Assembly: GCA_965237525.1 (NCBI GenBank)
Contig: CBDEFO010000004.1
Span: 205,951 to 269,950, forward strand
Reading direction: 5' to 3'
DNA: 64,000 bases
Origin: Candidatus Latescibacterota bacterium
Lineage (GTDB): Bacteria > Latescibacterota > CBDEFO01
The notes below the pieces were generated by a model. It was not told the DNA's origin. It ran no database searches and saw only the letters and a list, made by a program, of their open reading frames with translations. Positions 49,589 through 60,364 of this stretch are shown here, piece after piece (position 1 is the stretch's first letter; every line of letters begins with the position of its first letter). A program made the position numbers and the translations under genes.

Positions 49589-50425
49589 ATGGCCTTCTAC
49601 ACTGAGAAAGAGATCAGGAATCGCCTGGCGGTGTCGACATTTATTTTTCGCCGCAAAAGGCCTTTGGATCGAGAGACGTTGGGCGAGATCAAAAAGAACG
49701 ACATCGGGACTATTGAGATCGGCTTCCCCGAGGATCCCGATCACTTTGCATTGGACGATCCCAAGTCAATGAAGATAATCAAGGATATATGTAATGATCT
49801 TGGACTCGCCGTCGGGACGTATCATTCCGGCAAAACCAACTTTGAGGTGGACAGCGAAGCCGAAAGGCGCAAAAGGGTGGATAATTGCAAAAGGCAGATT
49901 GGCACACTGCTGTGGATGGGCGGAAATATCTGGGGATGCCACGGGCGCGTCAAGACACCTGCCACCTGGAAGAGCTTTGAAGAACTCCTCCGACACTTTG
50001 AAGGAGAGGACGTGCACCTGCTGGTCGAGAACTTCGGGCCGGGACAGACCATTGAGGACAACATAGAGTTTATCGACTCCATCGGTCATCCTCAGCTTGG
50101 GATGATCATCGACATCGGGCACGTGCGCAATTCAGAAGGTCAAAACCCTATGACACTTTCTGGAGTCCCAACCGAAAAGTTCCATAAGGTCGGTTCCAGG
50201 CTGCGCCATGTCCACCTTCACGACTTCTACGATGGGATAGATCACCGCGCCCCGTTCGACGGTAATATGCCGTGGCTGGAGATCTTCCAGGCGCTTTACG
50301 ACATCGACTATAAGGGATTCATCCACTTTGAAGTGGCTCCCCCGCCGCGCTCTGTGGATGCCCTCCCCAAGATCAAAGAGGTGCCCAAAAAGATTATGGA
50401 ACTACACGCGCAACAGGATGGATAA
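49589..50425 (+). CDS. sugar phosphate isomerase/epimerase (xylose isomerase-like TIM barrel)
   Basis: 278 aa. LLVENFGPGQ, IIDIGH, HVHLHD metal-site motifs. Confidence 0.7.
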   Translation: MAFYTEKEIRNRLAVSTFIFRRKRPLDRETLGEIKKNDIGTIEIGFPEDPDHFALDDPKSMKIIKDICNDLGLAVGTYHSGKTNFEVDSEAERRKRVDNCKRQIGTLLWMGGNIWGCHGRVKTPATWKSFEELLRHFEGEDVHLLVENFGPGQTIEDNIEFIDSIGHPQLGMIIDIGHVRNSEGQNPMTLSGVPTEKFHKVGSRLRHVHLHDFYDGIDHRAPFDGNMPWLEIFQALYDIDYKGFIHFEVAPPPRSVDALPKIKEVPKKIMELHAQQDG

Positions 50426-50430
50426 TTGCT

Positions 50431-50600
50431 CCACTTCAAACCGGACCATAATATTAACGAGGAAGCTTAAGAAAACATGGGCTTCAATACTGAGGAAGAA
50501 ATTACTAATCCCTTGTCAGTGTACACATTCATTTTCCGGGGCATAAGGCCTCTTCCGGGGCATAAGGCCTCTGGATCGGGAGACGTTCAAAGTCGTTAAT
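50431..50600 (+). pseudogene. degenerate duplicate of the 5' region of gene 49589 (gene remnant) containing a 19 bp tandem duplication
   Basis: 50431..50520 parallels 49541..49640 (same RBS context, MGFNTEEEI vs MAFYTEKEI), then decays. CCGGGGCATAAGGCCTCT repeated twice at 50533..50570. Confidence 0.5.
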
Positions 50601-50647
50601 CTAAATTATATTTTGCTACTTTACACCTGACTGGAAAGGAGATTAAA

Positions 50648-50836
50648 ATGCCTTACGTAACTGTCAAGATGTTAGGAGGACGCACGGATGAACAGAAGAA
50701 AAGGCTTGTGGAGGCTATAACAAACGATATGGTGGAAATATGCAACGCCAAGGCTGAGGCCGTGGTCATCACTATCGAGGAGCTCCCCAAGGAACATTGG
50801 GCAGTCGGAGGAGTGCGCCTTTCCGACATGGAGTGA
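50648..50836 (+). CDS. 4-oxalocrotonate tautomerase family protein
   Basis: 62 aa beginning MPYVTVKML (Pro1 catalytic), typical 4-OT length. Confidence 0.75.
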   Translation: MPYVTVKMLGGRTDEQKKRLVEAITNDMVEICNAKAEAVVITIEELPKEHWAVGGVRLSDME

Positions 50837-51011
50837 AGCCTAATCTATGAGGAGGCGTTGCGGATCGGATTTTTGCGGATCGGGAAGGAAGCTCTACAGC
50901 TAAATCCAGATGACAGCTTGTCGCTATCTATCGGTTGCTTATCCAAAGAAAGAGCCGTAATGTGGATAGTTTGTAAGGAAAGATCTCAAGAGTTCGTTAC
51001 TAATTTTTAGG

Positions 51012-51040
51012 TTGACAACCTTGGTCTTATATGTTATATT
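51012..51040 (+). promoter_or_regulatory. sigma70-type promoter of tRNA-Asp (TTGACA-17-TATATT)
   Basis: -35 at 51012..51017, -10 at 51035..51040, 10 nt before the tRNA 5' end. Confidence 0.55.
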
Positions 51041-51050
51041 CTCATCGTGC

Positions 51051-51128
51051 GGGGTAGTAGCTCAGTTTGGTTAGAGTGACGGCCTGTCACGCCGTAGGTC
51101 GCGGGTTCGAGTCCCGTCTACCCCGCCA
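51051..51128 (+). tRNA. tRNA-Asp (anticodon GTC), CCA encoded
   Basis: Cloverleaf with acceptor GGGGTAG/CTACCCC, D-arm GCTC..GAGT, anticodon stem ACGGC/GCCGT with loop CTGTCAC, T-arm GCGGG-TTCGAGT-CCCGT, discriminator G + CCA. Confidence 0.85.
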
Positions 51129-51146
51129 CTTTTCTCTACGGCTTTC

Positions 51147-52664
51147 TTATTCCTCCTGTGGAAGTTCGACTGTCTTAAACATCTTTCTTCCATCTCTTAA
51201 GATTCGGAACACTATCACTTCATCGTCATTACGTTTTTCCAAAGCCTTCTCAAAATCGCTCACCGACTTTATCTTGTCCTTGTTCTTTCCGACACCTATC
51301 TCCAGGATAATGTCCCCTCTGCTTATTTCCCCTTCATAGGCAGGACTGTACCTTGCTACGTCATTTACGATCACGCCCTCCTCTCCTTCGTATCTGTATC
51401 GTTGGGCGTCCTCTCTTGTGAGATCTCGGACAGAAAGCCCTAAATCCTTTATCTGTGCTCCTTCTTTGGATGCAAGCACATCCGCAAAGTCCTCCTTTTC
51501 CCCCAGGACGACCTCTACCGTCTTTTCGTCCGCATCCCTGATAATCTTAATCTTGATCCTGTCGCCCGGTCTTTTCCTTGCAACTTTATCCTGAATCTGG
51601 TTGATACGATCTACCCTTTGACCGTCTATTTCAACTATAACATCCTCCACTTTCAATCCGGCTTTATCAGCGGGGGTGTTGGGGAAGACATCGTCTATTA
51701 AGACCCCTATAGGCCTCTCCAGGCCGAATCCCTTCGCTGTCGCCTCATCTATCGGTAACATTGCAATCCCCAAAAATCCCCTGACGACCCTTCCGTGGGT
51801 TATGAGGTCCTCCATGACTTTCTTGGCCAGATTAATAGGGATAGCAAAACCGTAGCCTATGTAAGTGCGAAGAGATCGTTCCGTTTGGATAGCGGTATTA
51901 ATGCCTATGACCTCGCCGCTCAGATTCACCAACGGTCCGCCGGAGTTCCCAGGATTTATAACAGCGTCGGTCTGTATAAAATTCTCGATGCTGTAGGGTT
52001 GCTCAATGAGCTCTACATCCCTTCCCAGGGCACTTATGACTCCTCCTGTGACTGTAGAAGTCAGCGCCATTGGGTTCCCGATGGCCAGAACCCATTCGCC
52101 GATCTGGATCTTCTCCGAATCCCCCAGACTTGCCACCGGAAGATCGTCCGGCTCTATCTTGACCACCGCTACCTCGGTCAGTTCGTCGCGGCCGATGACC
52201 TTTGCCTTGAACTCCCTCTTATCTATAAGGGTCACCAGGATCTTATCCGCGTCTTTGACCACATGATTATTGGTCAGGATATATCCCTCTTTGCTGACTA
52301 TGATGCCCGACCCGAGACCCCTTCTCTTATACTCCTCAGGCGGCTCACGGAAGAAGGGTAAGAACTCGTGGAAAGGGCTTCGAGGCGCTGAACTTCTCCT
52401 GCGCCTTATCGTCTCAGTAGTCGCTATGCTCACAACTGCGGGTCTCACCTCCTTTGAGATAGCTATGGACGCTTCGCTAATATTCTTGGCGTTTAATATG
52501 TCTTCAGGTATTTCTTCATTGGATCCTAACTCTACCTTATCCGGTATATCTAAGGCCGTGCCCTTTTGGGTTATCCCGAAATTTGCAGATAGGAGAATGC
52601 CGATTAATACGCCGATGACGACAAATGCCGAAGCCATAAAAAGTGGTCTTTTCAAGTCGTGCAT
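51147..52664 (-). CDS. HtrA/DegP family periplasmic serine protease (trypsin domain + 2 PDZ)
   Basis: Signal anchor, catalytic His, Asp and Ser (GNSGGPLVN). Two PDZ domains. Confidence 0.85.
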   Translation of the reverse strand: MHDLKRPLFMASAFVVIGVLIGILLSANFGITQKGTALDIPDKVELGSNEEIPEDILNAKNISEASIAISKEVRPAVVSIATTETIRRRRSSAPRSPFHEFLPFFREPPEEYKRRGLGSGIIVSKEGYILTNNHVVKDADKILVTLIDKREFKAKVIGRDELTEVAVVKIEPDDLPVASLGDSEKIQIGEWVLAIGNPMALTSTVTGGVISALGRDVELIEQPYSIENFIQTDAVINPGNSGGPLVNLSGEVIGINTAIQTERSLRTYIGYGFAIPINLAKKVMEDLITHGRVVRGFLGIAMLPIDEATAKGFGLERPIGVLIDDVFPNTPADKAGLKVEDVIVEIDGQRVDRINQIQDKVARKRPGDRIKIKIIRDADEKTVEVVLGEKEDFADVLASKEGAQIKDLGLSVRDLTREDAQRYRYEGEEGVIVNDVARYSPAYEGEISRGDIILEIGVGKNKDKIKSVSDFEKALEKRNDDEVIVFRILRDGRKMFKTVELPQEE

Positions 52665-52820
52665 CTTAAGATTACTCCTCCTTACAATAAAATATGGTTT
52701 AGAATCTCTTACACTTATTCAACGCCATCTCTGCCCAGATTCCGCGGTTTGGAACCTCCTCTGGCAGCTTATCGATCAGCCACACAGTTCACCTTTTGAG
52801 AATGACTCCCGTAGCTGCGT

Positions 52821-54092
52821 TTAAGTTCCACTTTCTATCTTGCTTATCATCTTTACGATCTCCCTTATAGTCGTCCTTTCCACCCATCTTTGGGGTAGAT
52901 AATCTACCGAACCGTCCGTTCCGACGGCTCTGTAGAGGATGTCATTTTGTTCTAATTTAGATAGAACCTTTCCCACTCTATCTTTATCCTCTCCTATTTT
53001 TTCTGAAAGCTCACCTACGCATAAAGTTCCTTTACCGTCAAGGAAGCTTTCTCCTATAGCCATCACCAGTCTGACAGCAAGGCAGACTTCATCTGAAAAG
53101 GATTCATCGCGGCGGCTCCTGATCGCCTCTAAAGGATCGGGGTTCTGAATCACATAGCAGGTCTCTACTCCCCACAGGATAACGACCCACGTAAAATATA
53201 TCCATGCCAAAAATGCCGGCATGATGCTCAAGGAGCCGTACACCTTGTGCACCTCGACCATAGTCGATACATACCAGTCGAACCCTAACTTGCCAAACTC
53301 CCACATAGTTCCGGCGACGATACCTCCAATAAGAGCGGTCTTCATCTTGACCTGAGTGTTCGGAAGCAATATATATCCCAATATTAAAGCCGTCCACGTA
53401 AATAGGGATGGGATCAGGTAGAAGATTATTCCGCTTACCACCGATATGTTCATCAAGCCGCCAATGATGGGCATATCCTTCAAATTTGTAGAAAGATAAA
53501 TAGATGTCCCTAAAAGTATAGGGCCCAGAGTTATGAGGCTCCAGAAGGATATAAACCTTGCCACCAACGGCCTTCTATTCTTGACCCTCCATATTTGATT
53601 AAACGAGCTTTCTATGGTGTTGAACACAAAAAGGGAGGCCAATATCAATATGACCGATCCCACAAAGCCGATGGTCCCCGCCTTTTCAGCAAATCCAGTT
53701 ATATGAACTATCACTATTTCGCTGGAGGAGGGAAGCAGGTGTCCGGAGAGGAATTTCCTGATCGTAGCTCCTATCCCGGCCGCTCCTTCCTTTCCTGAGA
53801 AAGTAGCTAAAATGGAAAGACTTATAGCAGTCACAGGCACCAACGCCAAAACAGTAGTGAAAGAAAGAGCGGCTGCCTCCATAAAGCCGTCGTCCTCATA
53901 GAACTCCTCCCAGATGTGACGCACTTGCTTAGCTCTATCGTGCCACTTTCCGTCAAACAGTTCTTTCGCCTTATCTTTACAGTTCTTCCACATAGCCTGG
54001 ATACCCAGGAGAAGATACAAGTAGCGAAGTACTTTAGATTGCTTGCTTTTGCCTGCAGTCAAGCCAGGGGTAGATCCCCGAAGCACTCTCAA
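52821..54092 (-). CDS. YihY/BrkB family membrane protein with C-terminal soluble domain
   Basis: 6 TM YihY core plus about 100 aa C-terminal extension. Confidence 0.65.
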   Translation of the reverse strand: MRVLRGSTPGLTAGKSKQSKVLRYLYLLLGIQAMWKNCKDKAKELFDGKWHDRAKQVRHIWEEFYEDDGFMEAAALSFTTVLALVPVTAISLSILATFSGKEGAAGIGATIRKFLSGHLLPSSSEIVIVHITGFAEKAGTIGFVGSVILILASLFVFNTIESSFNQIWRVKNRRPLVARFISFWSLITLGPILLGTSIYLSTNLKDMPIIGGLMNISVVSGIIFYLIPSLFTWTALILGYILLPNTQVKMKTALIGGIVAGTMWEFGKLGFDWYVSTMVEVHKVYGSLSIMPAFLAWIYFTWVVILWGVETCYVIQNPDPLEAIRSRRDESFSDEVCLAVRLVMAIGESFLDGKGTLCVGELSEKIGEDKDRVGKVLSKLEQNDILYRAVGTDGSVDYLPQRWVERTTIREIVKMISKIESGT

Positions 54093-54242
54093 TTGTGTCG
54101 TCGAAACTATTTTCGATACACGAACAGGTCGCCTTGAAAGTCTTTGAGCTGGAACTTCCGATATGCAAATATAAAGAATCAGGCTCGTAAATACAACCGA
54201 TTTTGCCTGTAAACCTGCTCCGTTCTCCTGCAGGTTATCTAT

Positions 54243-55475
54243 TTACATATTCTCGACTATCGCCTGCCCGAACTCGGAGCATTTGACCTCTTTGGCTCCC
54301 TGTGTCAATCGGGCAAAGTCGTAGGTCACAATCTTCTGAGATATAGTCCTTTCCAATCCACCGATTATAAGATCCGCCGCTTCGGGCCATCCGATGTGTC
54401 TGAGCATGAGGACTCCTGACAGAATGACAGATCCGGGGTTTACCTTATCCTGATTCGCGTATTTAGGAGCCGTGCCGTGCGTGGCTTCAAAGATGGCTTG
54501 TCCCGTGTCGTAATTGATGTTCCCTCCCGGAGCGATGCCTATCCCACCTACCTGAGCGGCTAAGGCGTCGGAGATATAATCGCCGTTCAAGTTCATCGTT
54601 GCGATTACGTCGAACTCGTCGGGTCTTGTGAGTATCTGCTGTAAGGATATGTCGGCTATGGCGTCTTTTATCAGTATCTTCCCATCTGGCACATCGCCTT
54701 TGCACTCATCCCAACTTACGACAGAATCCTTGAACTCTTCGGCAGCAAGTTGGTAGCCCCACGCCCTGAAAGCCCCCTCGGTGAACTTTTGAATGTTGCC
54801 CTTATGCACCAAGGTAACGCTCTTTCTGTTGTTCTCTATGCCGTACTTGATCGCAGCCCTGATAAGCCGTTTACTCCCGAACTCAGATATAGGTTTTATG
54901 CCGACTCCTGAATCGGGCCTTATCTTCCAGCCGAACTCCTTTTCAAGATATGATATAAGCTTCTTTACCTCTGCTGTCCCTTCTTTAAGTTCCAATCCTG
55001 CGTAGACATCCTCTGTGTTCTCTCTGAAGACTACCATATCCACCTTCTCAGGGTGCCGCACAGGGCTTGGGACTCCTTTAAACCACTTTACAGGGCGGAG
55101 ACAGACGTAAAGATCCAGGGTCTGTCTCAGCGCCACGTTCAGGCTCCTTATGCCTCCGCCCACCGGTGTCGTAAGTGGTCCTTTGATCCCGACTATATAG
55201 TCCTTGAACGCATTCACAGTCTCCTCGGGCAGCCACTCTTCTGTCAGCGTGTAAGACCTCTCTCCTGCGTAAACCTCCATCCAGTGGATCCTTCTCTTCC
55301 CCGAGTATGCCTTCTCCACAGCGCTGTCGAAGACCCCCACGGACGCTTTCCATATATCGGGGCCTGTTCCGTCACCCTCAATGAACGGTATAATAGGATT
55401 GGAAGGCACGTTCAACTTCCCGTTCTCGACCTGTATCTTCTCTCCGTCTTTAGGCACTACGATACTTGACATCAC
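54243..55475 (-). CDS. icd: NADP-dependent isocitrate dehydrogenase
   Basis: 410 aa. Isocitrate/isopropylmalate dehydrogenase family motifs ([26 protein letters not shown]). Confidence 0.9.
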   Translation of the reverse strand: MMSSIVVPKDGEKIQVENGKLNVPSNPIIPFIEGDGTGPDIWKASVGVFDSAVEKAYSGKRRIHWMEVYAGERSYTLTEEWLPEETVNAFKDYIVGIKGPLTTPVGGGIRSLNVALRQTLDLYVCLRPVKWFKGVPSPVRHPEKVDMVVFRENTEDVYAGLELKEGTAEVKKLISYLEKEFGWKIRPDSGVGIKPISEFGSKRLIRAAIKYGIENNRKSVTLVHKGNIQKFTEGAFRAWGYQLAAEEFKDSVVSWDECKGDVPDGKILIKDAIADISLQQILTRPDEFDVIATMNLNGDYISDALAAQVGGIGIAPGGNINYDTGQAIFEATHGTAPKYANQDKVNPGSVILSGVLMLRHIGWPEAADLIIGGLERTISQKIVTYDFARLTQGAKEVKCSEFGQAIVENM

Positions 55476-55605
55476 AATCCTCCGTTTTTCTCCAAGAAGT
55501 TCTTAGATACCCCTCTCAAAGGGCCAAGACATCACCCCTGGTTGCTTCTTCTACCTCTCATCTAAAATTAACATCAAAAATTCTGTGGCGTCAAGGACTA
55601 TCTAA

Positions 55606-57124
55606 AAGCCTTGTGAAATAGTTATGTCCCAGGCAGCGTCTGAAGCGCCGATTATGGGTCAAAGAGTAGCATATCGTATCGTTTTGCTGTGGAATAAGCA
55701 AAATAGTCTTATCAGAGTTCTGGTCAGCAAGGAACAGGAGCTGTTTGAAGAACAGGATGCACTGTCTTTGACAGACAGGGCACACATAGACGCTTTCCCC
55801 CTTCTTATGAAAGATACAAGCCTCTTGAGATTCTGTACTGTTGCAACAAGATTCAACTGTTCATTCAGTGAGGCTGGTCCTCTGTAACGGGCTCGTCCCA
55901 TACCGTGTTGTTGCCTGGCTTCAGCAAAGATATGTTCACTGCGTTTACGGAGTCTCCGGGAGAGTTTGTAGTCAGCTGTTAATGAGATAGACCGTGCATG
56001 ATTTCTGGCTTTCGCCTCTCGCACTTTTCTATCCCGTTCGGCCTGAATATGTGCTGAATTTGTCTTGTTTTTCCATGTAGGAATCGGTTCAATCTTCTCA
56101 TCGGCTCGCAGAGGAATATGGGGTATGATTCCCCGGTCAAGTACATCAGCGATAAAATTACCAGAACCGTAACCGGTATCGGCACTAAGTGTCTGAATGT
56201 CTTTGGGCATGGTGTATGTTTCAAGGTCATCTACCATCTTAAGGGCACTTTCGGGCTCTGCTGTCCCTGTCGCCTGCGTGCCCTGAGTCTCAAGGATTAC
56301 TCTGCTTTTTGTGTCGATCAGATCATGGCCCATAAACGAGAGAAAAGCCCCTTTGCCCTTCGATTTGCTGTATAAGCGCGCGTCGGGGTCTGTAGTCGAA
56401 CGGTGTGTTTGGTTCGTCCACTTTTCACCATGAAAGTCTTTATCCTGAGGATGCCCGGACCTACCCTTTGTCTTATCACCTTCAAAACCGATTCCCTTGA
56501 GATAATCATCAAGAGAAACAGGGGGTTCTATCGGCTCAATACTTTTCACTGAAGCATCAGCTTGTATCTGAGTGCCGTCGACACTAAGGTGTTTACCGCT
56601 CACAAGACCGACATCTATGCAACACTGGACTACCTGACGCATTATCCGTTCAAACAACCCACTGGATGCCCACTTGTGATTGCGAAGCTTGTTGATCGTG
56701 CTCCTATCCGGAACCGCATCATCAAATGTCTGATGACAAAACAACCGATATGCCGCATGCATCCCCACTTCCTGACAGAGCCGATTCTCACTCAAATTAT
56801 ACAGATAGCCAATAAGGATCATTCGAACAACTAATTCAGGATCAATACCGGGTCTGCCATTGTCAGGGCAATAACAATCTGATACAACGTCTCGTACAAA
56901 TGAAAAATCAACTGCCTCATCAATCTGACGAAGGATATGATCCTCGGGAACTAAATCCTCCATCTGAAAATAGTGAAACATCGGATTTGTCTGTTCCTGC
57001 TTTTGTGGGGTCATTGTTTCCTCCATGTATAATATTATCAATAACATAATATAATACATCGGAGCTGCTTTATCAATGCTTGTTTTATACTACTTTCTGA
57101 ATCTAAGGGTTTTTCACAAGGCTT
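55606..57124 (-). mobile_element. IS copy D (1519 bp, intact transposase), TSD CTAA, 130 bp upstream of icd
   Basis: ctaa at 55602..55605 and 57125..57128. Transposase ORF 55659..57059. Confidence 0.9.
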
Positions 57125-57150
57125 CTAAACTGGAAGGCAAATAAGAAATA

Positions 57151-57202
57151 ATGTAGGGCTTGGGTAACCCAGCCCCTGGGGCGAGGGAACCTCGCCCCTA
57201 CA
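57151..57202. repeat. REP-like palindromic element (TGTAGGGCTTGGGTAACCCAGCCC / GGGGCGAGGGAACCTCGCCCCTACA)
   Basis: Two stacked hairpins. Same family as 13399..13462 and 63861..63990. Confidence 0.5.
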
Positions 57203-57394
57203 CGGATCAATCAGACGAACACAGAATCGGCGCAAAAGCCACTTGCTTTTTTCCAAAGATTTACTTACTTTGAAAGTCCCAGGGCGGCGCGGCCGATTTT
57301 CTGGAGGAGAGGCAGCGAACCGTAAAGTGGTGGGGTAAAGACCTCGTAATTTGACTATGAACGCGCTTTCAACCGGACAAAACACAACTGACGA

Positions 57395-60364
57395 ATGAGC
57401 GTCGGAGGCGCAACACAAATGCTATGGAGAGTTGAAGTCAGCATAAGGCCGGGCTTTTTTGATTCCCAGGGCGAAGGCATAAAGAAGGGAATAGAGGATC
57501 TCGGCATTCTTGCTGTCACATCTTGCTCGACATCGCAAGTATATTATATACAGGGGGAAATACCAAAAGAGGATGTCGCCCTCATCTCCCGGAGACTACT
57601 GATGGACAGTGTGACCCAGGATTACTCGATCAGCCTGCTTTGTGGTTTGCTGCCTCCTCTCCCGAACAAAGCGCCCACGGCGCCGAGCCGCGATATCCGC
57701 ACTGTGGAGGTGGCGTACAACCCCGGGGTCATGGACCCTGTAGAGGCGAGTGTTAAAAGGGGTATAGAGGACCTCGGAGTCGGGGGAGTTTCTGCCCTTA
57801 AGACGGCCGTGAAATACGTTATAAGGGGTAAGATCACAGATTCCCAGTTGATAACCATCAGGGACAATCTGCTCCTGAACGATATTATACAGCACCAGGC
57901 CGGAAGTTCTGAGTCTCCCTTTGTTGATCCTCCCTGCTACAGATTCGAGCCGGTCTATGTCCAGGTATTGGGCGCACACGACGACAATCTAAATGAGATC
58001 AGTCGGACAGGGCAGCTCTCTTTGAACCTGGACGAGATGCGGGCGATAAGGAACCACTTTACATATCTGGGCAGAAATCCTACGGACGCTGAACTTGAGA
58101 CTATAGCTCAAACGTGGTCGGAGCACTGTGTGCATAAGACTTTCAAGGGCATTATAGAATATGAGGGAGAGAGGATCGATAATCTTCTCAAGAGCACTAT
58201 AATGAAGGTCACAGAGGAGCTTGATAAGGACTGGTGCGTTTCCGTCTTCGAGGACAACGCCGGGATTGTCAAATTCGATGAAAACTATAACCTGTGTTTC
58301 AAGGTTGAGACTCACAATCATCCGTCGGCTTTAGAGCCCTACGGAGGGGCCGGGACGGGAACAGGGGGAGCAATAAGAGACCCGCTCGGCACCGGGCTGG
58401 GGGCAAAGCCCATCATAAACACGGACGTCTTCTGCTTCGGCCCGCTGGATCTGCCGTACGATAAGCTCCCGTCCGGATGTCTGCATCCCAAACGGGTCTT
58501 CAAGGGCGTCGTAGCGGGCGTGGGGGATTACGGCAACAGGATGGGTATTCCGACTGTCAACGGAGCTATATATTTTGACGAAGGCTACATAGGCAATCCA
58601 CTGGTCTATTGCGGAAATGTGGGCATCCTCCCAGTGGACAAGTCGTTCAAAAAGCTCAAAGATGGAGACTATATCGTCCTGGTCGGGGGCCGCACGGGGA
58701 GAGACGGGATTCACGGCGTCACGTTCTCCTCAGACGCCCTGACGGATAGTCTCTCCAGCGGGGTCGTGCAGATCGGAAACGCCATAACCGAAAAGAAGAT
58801 GGTAGATGTGATTATGGAAGCCAGAGACCTGGATCTCTACAGTTCGATCACTGACTGCGGAGGAGGTGGACTCTCCTCTGCGGTCGGCGAGATGGGGGTG
58901 GAGATAGGGGCCGAGGTAGATCTGGATAGAGTCCCGCTCAAATATGAAGGCCTCAGCTACACGGAGATATGGATCTCGGAGTCGCAGGAGCGGATGATAT
59001 TAGCTGTGCCTCCTCAAAATGTGCAAGAACTGATACAGCTCTGCGCTGAGGAGGACGTGGAGGCAACGGTCATAGGGAAATTTACGGGCGACAAGAGGCT
59101 CAAGCTGCGCTATGAGAGAAATGTCGTATGCGACCTGGATATGAACTTTCTGCACAACGGCCTCCCGAGATTGAATCTGAAGGCGACATGGGATAAGCCC
59201 TATTTCGAAGAGCCTGATCTCCCTGATCCATCGGATTTAACCCCTATTCTGAAGTCCATATTGTCATCTCCCAACGTATGCAGCAAAGAATGGGTGATAA
59301 GACAGTACGACCACGAGGTTCAGGGGGGCAGCGTGCTTAAACCTCTTCAGGGCGTAAGGAACGACGGGCCGGGAGATGCCTCTGTCACAAGGCCAGTTAT
59401 GAATTCTACAAAGGGCATCGTTCTATCTGTCGGTCTGAATCCAAAATATGGGAAGATAGACCCCTATCACATGGCGGCATCCGCCATTGACGAGGCACTG
59501 AGACAGGTAATATCGGTCGGAGGGACTTTGGAGCATACAGCCCTTCTGGATAACTTCTGCTGGGGGAGTCCCTATGAACCCGAGGGGCTCGGGGGGCTTG
59601 TCAGAGCAGCTAAGGCCTGCTACGACATAGCCAGGGTATATGAGACCCCCTTTATCTCCGGCAAGGACAGCTTGAACAACGAGTTTGTCGTACGTGGAAA
59701 GAGTGTTCCTATTCCCCCGGCTCTTTTGATCTCTGCTATATCTGTTGTAGACGACGTCCAGAAAGTCATCTCGATGGATTTTAAAGAGCCGGGCAACCTG
59801 ATCTACGTCGTGGGCACGACTTACGATGAACTCGGGGCTTCACACTTCTACGATCTTAACGGCTATACCGGCAACAACTGCCCCGTTGTCCGCCCTTCTG
59901 AGGGGAAAAGGACGATGGACGCCCTGAGCGCAGCCTCCTCTGAGAGGCTCATAAGGGCCTGTCACGATTGCAGCGAAGGGGGTATAGGAGTTGCCGTATC
60001 CGAGATGTGCTTTTCAGGGGAAGTAGGAGCTTCCATTTCACTTGCCGAAGTTCCCACGTCACACGACAATGCAGGGGCAGGCCCACGCGTCTACCCGATA
60101 GAAAGAAACGACACGATCCTCTTTTCGGAGTCCAACTCGCGCTTTATCGTAGAGGTAGCCCTCGAGAATAGAGGCAGATTTGAAGAGATTCTAAAGGATG
60201 TGGCTTTTGGAGTCATAGGTAAGACCACAGCCGACACAGAACTGGTCATAACGCGGCTTCTGGCCATAACGGGACTTAATGAGGCAGAAGTCGTACGGGC
60301 AGTCGTACGGGCAGATATATTTGAACTGAAGGAGGCCTGGCAATCGCCCTTACGGGATATTTAA
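57395..60364 (+). CDS. purL: phosphoribosylformylglycinamidine synthase, PurS-PurS-PurL fusion (FGAM synthase II type)
   Basis: 989 aa. Two N-terminal PurS-like domains, then the small-PurL AIRS/AIRS_C domains (HNHPSALEPYGGAGTG, GKDSLNNE). 12 bp tandem duplication at 60290..60313 (VVRAVVRA). The stop codon lies inside the TSD of IS copy E. Confidence 0.85.
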   Translation: MSVGGATQMLWRVEVSIRPGFFDSQGEGIKKGIEDLGILAVTSCSTSQVYYIQGEIPKEDVALISRRLLMDSVTQDYSISLLCGLLPPLPNKAPTAPSRDIRTVEVAYNPGVMDPVEASVKRGIEDLGVGGVSALKTAVKYVIRGKITDSQLITIRDNLLLNDIIQHQAGSSESPFVDPPCYRFEPVYVQVLGAHDDNLNEISRTGQLSLNLDEMRAIRNHFTYLGRNPTDAELETIAQTWSEHCVHKTFKGIIEYEGERIDNLLKSTIMKVTEELDKDWCVSVFEDNAGIVKFDENYNLCFKVETHNHPSALEPYGGAGTGTGGAIRDPLGTGLGAKPIINTDVFCFGPLDLPYDKLPSGCLHPKRVFKGVVAGVGDYGNRMGIPTVNGAIYFDEGYIGNPLVYCGNVGILPVDKSFKKLKDGDYIVLVGGRTGRDGIHGVTFSSDALTDSLSSGVVQIGNAITEKKMVDVIMEARDLDLYSSITDCGGGGLSSAVGEMGVEIGAEVDLDRVPLKYEGLSYTEIWISESQERMILAVPPQNVQELIQLCAEEDVEATVIGKFTGDKRLKLRYERNVVCDLDMNFLHNGLPRLNLKATWDKPYFEEPDLPDPSDLTPILKSILSSPNVCSKEWVIRQYDHEVQGGSVLKPLQGVRNDGPGDASVTRPVMNSTKGIVLSVGLNPKYGKIDPYHMAASAIDEALRQVISVGGTLEHTALLDNFCWGSPYEPEGLGGLVRAAKACYDIARVYETPFISGKDSLNNEFVVRGKSVPIPPALLISAISVVDDVQKVISMDFKEPGNLIYVVGTTYDELGASHFYDLNGYTGNNCPVVRPSEGKRTMDALSAASSERLIRACHDCSEGGIGVAVSEMCFSGEVGASISLAEVPTSHDNAGAGPRVYPIERNDTILFSESNSRFIVEVALENRGRFEEILKDVAFGVIGKTTADTELVITRLLAITGLNEAEVVRAVVRADIFELKEAWQSPLRDI

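Noticed and set aside
57230-57395. Possible purine or ZTP riboswitch upstream of purSL (accgtaaag ... gactatg; cccagggcggcgcgg)
   Set aside because: Fragments resemble the J3/1 and P1 segments of the purine aptamer, and a CGCCCUGGG-like string resembles the pfl 3' motif. The required P2/P3 loops and conserved J2/3 are not present in the right order, and the pfl-like string is on the wrong strand. This cannot be supported without a covariance-model scan.
57125-57418. 97 aa minus-strand ORF between IS copy D and purSL
   Set aside because: It overlaps the REP-like hairpin cluster and the purSL start. It is Pro/Arg-rich with no motif and is probably spurious.
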